DNA of 54,056 nucleotides from Aplysia californica. Its lineage: Eukaryota. The stretch lies in assembly GCF_000002075.1 (NCBI RefSeq), contig NW_004797687.1, positions 379,490 through 433,545 on the forward strand, read 5' to 3'. The notes under the pieces were generated by a model. It saw nothing but the letters and a program-made list of their open reading frames with translations. It was not told the DNA's origin and searched no databases. Shown piece by piece: positions 38,545-50,217 of this stretch. Numbering within the stretch: position 1 is the stretch's first letter; every line of letters starts with the position of its first letter. The position numbers were made by a program, and so were the translations under genes.

Positions 38545-40814
38545 AAACATGCGCTCGCTGTCACATCGACATCACTTGAAATTAAAATGCATGCGTTTAC
38601 GAGATGTACATCGCTCCTATTTTCCCTTCTCAAGATAGAAAACTTATTTTTGCTGATGTTCTCAGAGAATTTGTGTCTTTGCATTTTGTAGAAATGTTGT
38701 TTTTCTATTGTTTTGCCACGTGTCGCAGCACACTTCTTACGGCGTCGTCAAATTACAACCGTGGAAATTGGACAATTTCACAAAGATCATTGATAGAAAA
38801 CATTCGTTTATTTTGAATATTGTAAGTTTTAATGGTGGGCTTGCGTGGTACGTTATCATTCTTTCACAAAACCCAAAATGTCGGTAAATATTAAGCTTTT
38901 TACGAGAGCTAGCTCGTCGACAATCACTCGCCGTCAGTCAAAAATGGCCGCGATGGAGGCTGTCCGCGTCACTCCTTTCTTTCAACGTTTCAATAGATTT
39001 AACACTATCAAGTCACTCTTCCCACCTTAAGATCAAGTTCACTTTGTCAGAAAAAGTGTAAAGATAAAGACTATCTTAAGAGAAGAGAGATATCATAAAG
39101 ACCAAACAAAAAAATGAGTCAAATACCACAGTCAAATTGGGGTAATTCTCTTTCAAACAAACTGGGACCGACCGCTTTCCCGATAAAAAATCCCAAATGT
39201 AGAGAATGTTACGGTCAAAGCTAGAAATGTAGGTCTGTTGCTTAATGGGGGAAAAATTGGAATCTCTTTGCTTCACAACACTGCTGCAGAGACTTGACTC
39301 TATCTTCTAAACGGTTGAAATAATTAAGCCAACTCTTGTCTTTCACAAATGGTCTATAAATAGCCCTTGGGTTCCCAATTTTGTCGTCTCTGCATTCCTT
39401 CAACGTGTTTTTATTTATTTGTTTTTCTAGCTCAGATTTGGAAAGGGGTACTATTTTGTCTTACTGCTATTGTTGAATATCCTTCTTTTTTTCTTTCTTT
39501 TTTTGCTGCCCGGTTTATTATATTATTATTTTTTATACTTGCTTTGGGATTTGTTTCACAAACAAAGCTTTATTCAACTAGCGCTATTTTTGCAAAAGAA
39601 AAAAACAACGAAAGGGACCTCAAAACAAGTGACCAATCAAACTCTAGTGCCGTTTTTATTCTCCTTTTTGCGCGTAAATATTTGCCATAGACTTAGATCA
39701 GTCTATATAGTTCATATCTTTATTCAGGCGGCTGTCTTCATATTTTGGTCGTGCATGATCGATGATCAATGAAAGATTTGAACGGGAACAATTCTTATAT
39801 TTCTTTGGCATCGATACAGACACTCAGACACTATTATTTTATTTAATTTTGACCACTAAATAAAATCTAGCTAATTTATTACGGTTAACTATGCCCAAGA
39901 AACTTAACGCGTAGCTTTTTTGCAGGCCAGCAACCAAACAAAAATGTAATACTACAGCATTTGTCTTTGGGTTTTTTTCATTGAAATATCTTGATGTAAT
40001 AATAATTAAAACAAAAAATCCTCTGTCTAGGCTCACATTGCTTTTTTGGTGAATACAGAGGATTAGCATGGGTGGTTGGCGGGTGCTCTGGTGTGGTTTG
40101 TTCCTTCTTTCCTATCAAACACCTATCGTATCTCTCCTTATTCTTCTTTTTTTTATGGTAGTTACTCTTAACACCTCTAATAATTATCTTCTGGCGCTCA
40201 TATGACCTTACGCAGCTGCAAGCGCCGTAAAACCTTTACTNNNNNNNNNNNNNNNNNNNNNNNNNNNNNNNNNNNNNNNNNNNNNNNNNNNNNNNNNNNN
40301 NNNNNNNNNNNNNNNNNNNNNNNNNNNNNNNNNNNNNNNNNNNNNNNNNNNNNNNNNNNNNNNNNNNNNNNNNNNNNNNNNNNNNNNNNNNNNNNNNNNN
40401 NNNNNNNNNNNNNNNNNNNNNNNNNNNNNNNNNNNNNNNNNNGCTATCTCTCACGTCAAGTGTAGCCTATCTCTTTGTAGTACATTACTACTCGGACTAT
40501 TTTAGCTCACCATTAAAAATCTAAGGGTTTAGGACTCAAAGTCCTCCATTTCGGATATTAATTAAAAGTTTTAAGGAACAGACTCCCGTGCAGTCGTGTA
40601 AGATTGGTTTTTACCACATAGTGTAATGCATAGAGCTGGAGTTATTCGCCTAAATCGAGAGCGCTGTCGGATCTGTCTCTCTGTCTTCATAATTATTGTA
40701 TTTCTTGTAGTGCCCACATTAACTATACCTAAGTGTGGGGTCATCCCATCACACGTTCTGGTGACGTCATAGTTTTTGAAAAAATAACCTTGCTGATGAT
40801 TACAAAACAAGAAG

Positions 40815-42185
40815 ATAATAATAATAATGATAATAATAAAGATCATTTCTATAATGCTCTAGGCGCTTTACATAAATGCATGTACAAGCAATATTCACCC
40901 ACACGATANNNNNNNNNNNNNNNNNNNNNNNNNNNNNNNNNNNNNNNNNNNNNNNNNNNNNNNNNNNNNNNNNNNNNNNNNNNNNNNNNNNNNNNNNNNN
41001 NNNNNNNNNNNNNNNNNNNNNNNNNNNNNNNNNNNNNNNNNNNNNNNNNNNNNNNNNNNNNNNNNNNNNNNNNNNNNNNNNNNNNNNNNNNNNNNNNNNN
41101 NNNNNNNNNNNNNNNNNNNNNNNNNNNNNNNNNNNNNNNNNNNNNNNNNNNNNTATCACATGCGCACGCTTACACATCATTACGAAATGAGCACATTCAC
41201 ATACATAATAGAATAATATATACACAATGCAATTCGCAAAATACATAAATGGATACGTAGTCATTTAAATAACATTGTACTGAACATGAATCTACTGACG
41301 TAAAAATTATGTCTTTAAATGTGTCTTTAAAGATTCTTTAAATTTAAACTCAGATGTTGTATGTCTCAAGGGTTGGGGAAGAGAAGTTCCAAACTGATGG
41401 AGCAAGGTGGGCAAACGATCTTTTAGCTAATTTTTTACCCCCTTTTCTAGGAACTCTTAAAATATACTGATCGCATGATCTTAGTGATCTAGATGAAACA
41501 TAAATCTGGATGAGATGACTAAGATATGAGGGAGCTTTGTTATTGACACATTTATGACAAAATATTGCAATTTTATATGACATTCTAGCTGACACGGGAA
41601 GCCAATCCAACATTTTTAACATGGGAGTAACGTGATCCCTCTTCTTTTTCTTTAGTACAAGCCTAGCAGCATGATTTCGAAAACGTAACTTGTGAAGAGT
41701 GGGTTTGGTAAGTTAGCTAGTAAAGCATTGCAATAATCAATGCGTGAAAACAAGAAAGATGACACGAGCGTTTTCATCGAGTGTTCATTCAAAAACATAG
41801 ACATATGACCAATTCTACGCAATTCACCAAAAAAAATGGTACACAAATAATTGATATGATGTTCCATTGACAATTTAGAATCAAAATACACTCCCAGATT
41901 TTTTGCTTTATCAGTAAAATACAGTTTTTCATTTTCAGTACAAATATGATAAAAGTCTATGGGGACATGGCTTTTCCTTGGGTTACATAAAAGAATTTCA
42001 GTTTTATTTTCATTAAGCTGGAAGTTATTATCAATCATCCACATCTTTACTTTATCAATACACAGACTAATAATATGGTGTTAAGCAAGGTTTTAACATC
42101 TGATGGTGGAATAGATTTATAAATATAACTGTGTATCGTCTGCATACGAGTGATAATTCATATTTTGCTTTCTGATCACAGCTCC
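40815..42185 (-). mobile_element. L2/CR1-group LINE 3' portion (duplicate)
   Basis: ORFs 41652..42044 and 41350..41622; YADD motif ~42135. Confidence 0.9.
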
Positions 42186-42469
42186 AAACTAGCCTGGACA
42201 CGATTAGAGACACAACCTTAACGATCGTGAGTCCAGCTGTCTAACCAATGGGCCATCTTATCTACACCTTGAGCTAAAAATTGCGAAAATTATAATTATA
42301 CGTAGCTACTTAAAAGTGACTCACCGGTTGGTTGACCGCCGGGTGTTCTGGTGCAGGCGTGTCCTTTTTAATGTTTCCTCTCAATAGTATCAAATATCGT
42401 CCTTATCTCTCCTTCTGTTCATTGTAAACAACTCCCTAGCATCGCCAGATAATCTTACAGTGCCCCTAC

Positions 42470-43180
42470 GGGGCTCTCGTTGCCTAGAGGTTAAGGTGTT
42501 CGCCTCTCATTCAATAGGTCCTGGGTTCGAATCCGGAAGCGACGGAAATTTTTCTTCTCTAAAATGGTCTCCTTTCACCTCCTTTTCTGCTCTCCAGCAA
42601 TGTTCTGTCGTCTGTTTTCGACTCTGCTTTCTGCACCCACCCCTTCACCTCCTTTGCCCCCTCCTCTGGGCTCCTTATATTCGTGATGTGTTCACCTCTA
42701 TTTCAAAGGTCCCAGGTTTTGAATCCGGGTAGCGACCTAAAATAACATTGTTCTAAAATTAATATTGTCTCCTTTCACCTCTAGTACTGCTATTGTAATG
42801 TCTGCTTTCGTCTCCACTTCGCCCCCGGCTCTTTCTGCAGCCTTTCTACTGCATCTCCTTGGCTCCTTGCTGCTGTCTTTTAGCCACACCCCTGATCTTA
42901 GGGTGGGAAAGGTCAACGCCTAACATGCTCAGACAAGGGCGAAAAATCTCGGAGGTTCTTGTGTGCAAGTTGTGCTCATTAAAGATTCCTATTTTTTTAT
43001 TTGGTGATGGTCCAACATCGATAAGAGTATGTTTCTGCTGCCATCCAGGAAAAATTCAAAGTTTACTACCTACCAACTGAAAATGTTTAATGTGTCTCAC
43101 GCGCTCATATGACCTTATGCAGTTGCGAGCGGTGAAAAAAAAAAAACAAAAAAAAACAAACACACAACCAAAACAACAAC
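42470..43180 (+). mobile_element. tRNA/Deu-Nin-like SINE (duplicate of 10121) with an internal second-SINE segment
   Basis: Same head, core and tail; 42677-42880 equals the reverse complement of 37122-37326. Confidence 0.75.
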
Positions 43181-43219
43181 ACCAACACACACCAACACAC
43201 ACACACACATACACACACA

Positions 43220-43276
<57 letters not shown>

Positions 43277-43871
43277 ACAAAACTGGCGCCTCTCGCTGTT
43301 ACTGTAAACACTCTCATGGTATCATCTTCAATCTTTGCTGCTTTTAAATGTGACCTATAAGATTTGCTTTGCAGGGACCATAAAACTTCCACTGGAGTTA
43401 AAATGAAAGAATTATAATATGTAGATCAAACATAAAAGACGTTCATAATCACCAATGAACAGTATGCCTAACATTCTAAGCGCTTTCATTTTATTGCCAC
43501 AGAAATTGCCCGTTTTGTATTTTCTAATACAAAAGACCTTTTCTGAGTTGCTCCAGGACATGGCTGATGCAACGACAGTCCTTGTTTGACAAGTTCACAT
43601 TTGAGCATAGATTCGGCGTCCAGTTGATCAAACATATTTCATCCCAAATTTGGTGCAGATCTGCGCAGAATTGGAGAAGTTAGATCTATTAATTGTTTCC
43701 TCGAGGTCATTGAGTCTGGGACAGTAGTTATATTATAACATACATATATATATAGATATTTCACACACACAAAAAAATGACATTGAATGTTTTTTCAACA
43801 GCAGAAACACTTGGAGCATGCCCGTGGCTCAATTTCTCTGATATTGAATTAAGCCCACGCATGCATTTATA

Positions 43872-44725
43872 CAGTGGAGTCCACTTATAACGAGTCCTGA
43901 AACAACGATAAATCTGTTATAAAGACGCTATTCTAAAACCCCGTTTTTTCCCCTTCTTTATCTTTGTGAATAAAATACTGCTATAGCGCAACCAGACAAA
44001 CACGGGAGTCGGTTATAGCGGAATATTGCTGCTGCTGTGCACAGCGCATAGGCCATTTATACATAATGTAACACCTCGCCAGTTGAGAAACTTGTTGGTG
44101 ATCTAGCGCAACCTAGAACCTTACATCAACTCCTTGAGCGAAACAAAGAATGGGAGAGCCCACGTTTGCTAACAATGAAGGTCAGAGCAATGAGTGGGGA
44201 GGGTGTGGTATGCGCAGACAAGCAGAACGCATTGCGTGATAGGCCAGCCTAGTCTAAATTTTCTACCCAGGCCCTCACTTCTCCGATGCGGGGATGCAGA
44301 GGTCACAATGCTGTGATGGATGGAGTGAATGGGTATGCAACGTGCGCAAGCAGACGAAACTCACCACAGGGTATGGTGGGGTGGGGGGCAACCAAGGAGT
44401 TTAGAACTTACTTTTAATCTCCTTGGGGACAACACAGCGGGCGAGTTAGCCCAGAGCGCATTCTTTCTGATCGCCAACGCCGTGCTGTCAACATCGCTAG
44501 CGCTAGGGAAAGAAACCCGATTCGATTTTTGATCAAGTAAGACCAAGAGGTCATGTTGAACAATGTCATCATCAGGGGAGATAACAAAAAGAAATAAACA
44601 GAACACTAAACTCGTAGATTAGACCTACTTTATTATTTCCATTTATTACTGGATTCCCTATAACGAGAATCCTGGTATAACTTTTGCACCGGTCACCTCC
44701 CTCTCGTTATAACAGGATTCCACTG
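43872..44725. mobile_element. Complete pogo/Tigger-like MITE, 854 bp
   Basis: TA|CAGTGGAGTCCACTTATAACGAG ... CTCGTTATAACAGGATTCCACTG|TA. Confidence 0.9.
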
Positions 44726-44727
44726 TA

Positions 44728-44793
<66 letters not shown>
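44726..44793. repeat. (TA)n microsatellite
   Basis: Read directly. Confidence 0.95.
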
Positions 44794-44797
<4 letters not shown>

Positions 44798-46514
44798 TAT
44801 TTTTAGTAAAGGTTTTACGGCGCTCGCAGCTGCGTAAGGTCATATGAGCGCCAGAAGATAATTATTAGAGGTGTTAAGAGTAACTACCATAAAAAAAAAG
44901 AAGAATAAGGAGAGATACGATAGGCGTTTGATAGGAAAGAAGGAATAAACCACACCAGAGCACCCGCCAACCACCCATGCTAATCCTCTGTATGCACCAA
45001 AAAAGCAATGTGAGCCTAGACAGAGGATTTTTTGTTTTAATTATAATAAATGCATCAAGATATTTCAATGGAAAAAAAAAAGACAAATACTGTAGTATTA
45101 CATTTTTGTTTGGTTGCTGGCCTGCAAAAAAGCTACGCGTTAAGTTTCTTGGGCATAGTTAACCGTAATAAATTAGCTAGATTTTATCTAGTGGTCAAAA
45201 TAAAATAAAATAATAGTGTCTGAGTGTCTGTATCGATGCCAAAGAAATATAAGAATTGTTCCCGTTCAAAATCTTTCATTGATCATCGATCATGCACGAA
45301 CAAAATATGAAGACAGCCGCCTGAATAAAGATATGAACTATAATACTATAATAATAGACTGATGTAAGTCTATGGCAAATATTTACGTGCAAAAAGGAGA
45401 ATAAAAACGGCACTAGAGTTTGATTGGTAACTTATTTTGAGGTCCCTTTCGTTGTTTTTTTCTTTTGCAAAAATAGCGCTAGTTGAATAAAGCTTTGTTT
45501 GTGAAACAAATCCCAAAGCAAGTATAAAAAATAATAATATAATAAACCGGGCAGCAAAAAAAAAAAAAAGAAGGATATTCAACAATAGCAGTAAGACAAA
45601 ATAGTACCCCTTTCCAAATCTGAGCTAGAAAAACAAATAAAATAAAAACACGTCGAAGGAATGCAGAGACGACAAAATTGGGAACCCACCAAGGGCTATT
45701 TATAGACCATTGGTGAAAGACAAGAGTTGGCTTAATTATTTCAACCGTTTAGAAGATAGAGTCAAGTCTCTGCAGCAGTGTTGTGAAGCAAAGAGTTTCC
45801 AATTTTTCCCCCATTAAGCAACAGACCTACATTTCTAGCTTTGACCGTAACATTCTCTACATTTGGGATTTTTTATCGGGAAAGCGGTCGGTCCCAGTTT
45901 GTTTGAAAGAGAATGACCCCAATTTGACTGTGGTATTTGACTCATTTTTTTGTTTGGTCTTTATGATATCTCTCTTCTCTTAAGATAGTCTTTATCTTTA
46001 CACTTTTTCTGACAAAGTGAACTTGATCTTAAGGTGGGAAGAGTGACTTGATAGTGTTAAATCTATTGAAACGTTGAAAGAAAGGAGCGACGCGGACAGC
46101 CTCCATCGCGGCCATTTTTGACTGACGGCGAGTGATTGTCGACGAGCTAGCTCTCGTAAAAAGCTTAATATCTACCGACATTTCGGGTTTTGTGAAAGAA
46201 TGATAACGTACCACGCAAGCCCACCATTAAAACTTACAATATTCAAAATAAACGAATGTTTTCTATCAATGATCTTTGTGAAATTGTCCAATTTCCACGG
46301 TTGTAATTTGACGACGCCGTAAGAAGTGTGCTGCGACACGTGGCAAAACAATAGAAAAACAACATTTCTACAAAATGCAAAGACACAAATTCTCTGAGAA
46401 CATCAGCAAAAATAAGTTTTCTATCTTGAGAAGGGAAAATAGGAGCGATGTACACCTCGTAAACGCATGCATTTTAATTTCAAGTGATGTCGATGTGACA
46501 GCGAGCGCATGTTT

Positions 46515-46815
46515 TATCGATAGAAAAATTTGATTTTTGCACCGCACACTACACAATTTGCATAAAAAGGGGTAACAATTTCTTGGTTAACCATTTATCT
46601 AGCCTTGAATGACTACNNNNNNNNNNNNNNNNNNNNNNNNNNNNNNNNNNNNNNNNNNNNNNNNNNNNNNNNNNNNNNNNNNNNNNNNNNNNNNNNNNNN
46701 NNNNNNNNNNNNNNNNCGACATCGGCGCAGCAAAAAATACACCGTGACGTAGGTGCTCTCTCGGACGTCCGCGCGAAATGGTCATATAGCAAGCGCTCGC
46801 CGTGATCCGTCAGTT
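46515..46815 (+). promoter_or_regulatory. Histone H1 promoter (partly gapped)
   Basis: TATCGATA 46515-46522, ATTTGCAT ~46556, GCGCGAAA 46771-46778, TCAGTT ~46810. Confidence 0.65.
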
Positions 46816-46894
46816 CAGAATCAGCACTCGTTGCGAAGTGACCACTCTCTTTTTTCATTTTCCGCCCTCGTCTTCGTTCACATTTTCACTCACA

Positions 46895-47471
46895 ATGTCT
46901 GACGCTCCAGCTGCTGCCCCAGCCAAGGCTACCCCCCAAGAAGAAGGCTCCCGCCAAGCCTAAAGCCCCCGCCGCTCACCCTCAGTACAAGGTGATGGTC
47001 GCTGCCGCCATCTCTGCACTGAAGGAGCGCGGTGGCTCTTCCCGCCAGGCCATCCTCAAGTACATCATGGCCAACTACAAGGTCGGTGATAACCCCACTG
47101 CCATCAACGCTCGTCTCAAGACTGCCCTCAAGGCCGGCGTCAAGGCTGGAACCCTGAAGCAAGCTAAGGGAACTGGCGCTGCCGGCTCTTTCCGCCTGGG
47201 AGAGAAGAAAGTGGAGAAAAAACCCGCCAAGAAAGTTGCCAAGAAACCCAAGTCCCCCAAGAAGGCGGCCAAGCCCAAGAAAGCCGCTGCCAAGAAGCCA
47301 AAATCTCCCAAGAAGGCCGCCGCCAAGAAACCTGCTGCCAAAAAAGCCGCTGCCAAACCCAAGAAGACCAAGAGCCCTGCCAAGAAAGCCGCCAAGCCCA
47401 AGGCTGCTGCCAAAAAGCCAGCAGCAAAGAAGGCTGCTGCCAAGCCCAAGAAGGCCGCTGCCAAGAAGTAA
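46895..47471 (+). pseudogene. H1: Histone H1 with +1 frameshift (C6 instead of C5 at 46932-46937); real gene if this is a base-call error
   Basis: ATG 46895 to TAA 47471 spans 577 nt against 576 in the intact copies; otherwise intact. Confidence 0.85.
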
Positions 47472-47508
47472 GCAGCTGGTTTTCCCACATCCAGCAACCT
47501 CACAATAC

Positions 47509-47524
47509 GGTCCTTTTCAGGACC
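47509..47524 (+). terminator. Histone mRNA 3' stem-loop
   Basis: GGTCCTTTTCAGGACC. Confidence 0.97.
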
Positions 47525-50217
47525 ACCCCCCATTCGTCCAGATGGGTTGAATCTTCGATCCGAGTTGAAACCATTTCTTGATCATCTTAATGCTGCTCTA
47601 TACTAGTACTAGTACGCGATCTACCTTTCTTTATCTGCCCTGAAACCTTTCCTAGTCTTTTCCATTTCCTGATCTTACGTTAATTATAGGCCTACTTCAC
47701 AGTTTACTACATGGCCAGTGACCGACTTCCATAGCCATGGCTGCCCGTGAGGGCAAATTTAAGAAAAAATAGTCGACTGAAACCACGTTTAATGCGTCCA
47801 GCGCGCTCATGTCATGATGTGGTACACATCACATCATGTATACAGTAGTATAGATCTTGCTCTATGCCAGTTTTGCGAGCACCGTAAAAAACTTGCGCCC
47901 CCCCCCCCCCCCCAAAAAAAAAAGTTTCTCGGGAAAGAAAAGAGACCGAGCCGAGAGTCGATGGAACCCCCGACAGTCGGTTGACGAAAGAGGAACCGTT
48001 CACAATTTCAATTAGATCTAGATCTAGTCGCTTTTGCACAAGTGGGCTGTCCCGACAAATGCTGTTTTGTGAAAGTCAAAGGCGAAGTTATTGCCTCTTG
48101 TTCAGGTTCTTTAAAAGACAAGGAGTTTTCTCTCTACAGACTCTACTATAACTATAACAAAACAAATACAGTGGAACAAACTTATCTGCTTTTAGTTTTT
48201 AAAGAGGTAGCCTACATGTAGTGCAATACTCACCCACTTTTGGTGTAAAGTAGAACAGTACTTTTGGACACCCCCCGAAATCTGGGTTAGCCCGCTTGTC
48301 CTTAAAAAAAAAAGCAATCAAATGTAACAGCAGAGAGGGATCAGCGAAAGGGGGGGGGGGGGGGGGGGCTCCTTACAAAGTTGACCTCAAGCTGTAAAAG
48401 TTTGGAGGGTGGGGGAAAGTGAAGATGTATTTTAGTACATGATGTGTAAAATAAGACCGCATTTCCTTAGCCTTGTTGAATAATGTAATTTGACAGTTCA
48501 GGTACATTATAATGTATGTCTTTAATAAAATTAAGTTTTTATTTTTCTAATAAAAAACAAAGATCACTGTAGATGAAAAGACGGGGGGGGGGGGGGGGGG
48601 GGAAATTACGCTGACGTCATTTGTGATCGCTCTCTTACGTCTCTTACTAGTCTTACGTGTACCCAATATATTTTTTTAATTTACCTAATTTATTTCTCTC
48701 CTACTCCCAGTTCCACACAATAGACCTTGCTTGGTGCATTTTTAACAATCTTTATGCCAAATTGGAAGCTTCTACTTTTCTAGTTCTAGTAAGATTTTTA
48801 CGTGCTTTATTTCAGTTCAACTCTTCAACACTTTCTTCAAACACTTTAGATTATAACGTCATTTTCATTTAGGCATTGTGACCCAAAAGAACAGGAAATA
48901 ATTTTTTTTTTCCCGTACAAAAGACATTTTAAAAGAATTTTATCGAAATGGGATCGCTTACTCAGGTCTTCCCTTAAGTTTTTCCTGGCAACTTCACTTT
49001 AATTAAATTTATTTTTTTAAAAACGTTCTCTTTTTTTTTTTTTAAAGTTTAGATGTTTTTTTTAAATGGCTGAAACCTTAAACCAAAACGAAAAAAAAAA
49101 AAAAAAGCTTTTCATCTAAATAGTCATTACATCGACATGCGACAAATGAGAAATACCGGTAAGTGTAGAATTCTGTGGCCGAAACTCGCAGTGTAAAGAT
49201 TAAGAGGTGGACGATAATACATCATAATACATGTATAGTGTAAAGCGCATAGAGCACGCTTTCGAGTGGGGATGCGCTATACAAAAATGCTGGGTTTTTT
49301 CGTTCTAAAAGTAAAAGTACATGTAGTAGTAGTAAATGAATCGGCAATCATTTGCTGGTCAGCCATTGGCTTTGACTTTGATTGCCNNNNNNNNNNNNNN
49401 NNNNNNNNNNNNNNNNNNNNNNNNNNNNNNNNNNNNNNNNNNNNNNNNNNNNNNNNNNNNNNNNNNNNNNNNNNNNNNNNNNNNNNNNNNNNNNNNNNNN
49501 NNNNNNNNNNNNNNNNNNNNNNNNNNNNNNNNNNNNNNNNNNNNACACTCTGGTAAAAACTGTACAAGTAGGCCTACCTCATCATGTTTTGTCCCAACGT
49601 GGTTAGCTCTACGTCATTAAAGAAACTAGGTTGTCTTGGATATTTTACAGATTAATAATAGCTCATCTTGGCTATCATTTACTAGTCATTTATGGTTTTC
49701 ATTGACCTTTGGAAGAGAATGAAGAGAAGAAATTAGATCTATGTTCATCCAGTTGAATGTATTGTTACAACTAACTACATGTAGCTATCTATCACTATCA
49801 GGAAATCGATAAATTGTCCCTCAGGACAAGTGACGACAAAAGTACACGAAGCGTGCTGACAAAATGAGTTACTTCTCAGATTCGAGGCCGATGGAAAAGT
49901 AGAAATACATTACGCATAGGTGACGTTTTTACAATTTATAAGTTGTAGGAAATAATAAAAGGCATGTTATACTAAAAGAATCTATGGCATAAATAGAAGC
50001 TCTGCAAATTTGACCCTAATGTCGATTTTTGGCCAATATCTCTCATAGCATCTGCGTTTGTCGCGGCCGCGATTTTGTCAATTTTTGGTCCGCGAATCGC
50101 GGCCGCTATTTTTTGCATTGAAAAAAACCCACACGGCCGGGAAATAAAAAATCGAAACAAAACGGGGTTAAAAAAAACGGAAAAAAAGAAAAGAAACTGA
50201 ACTTCTTTACTTACGAG

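Larger units (their letters stand above)
36462..40240. repeat. Left arm of the large inverted repeat (copy B)
   Basis: Reverse complement of 44805-48005 plus 49975-50214; contains an extra SINE. Confidence 0.93.
44805..50214. repeat. Right arm of the large inverted repeat (copy B); 48006-49974 has no counterpart in the left arm
   Basis: Reverse-complement match to 36462-40240. Confidence 0.9.

Noticed and set aside
39030-39330. Decayed Crypton/other protein-coding relic in the arm
   Set aside because: Only vague motif resemblance across several stops and frameshifts
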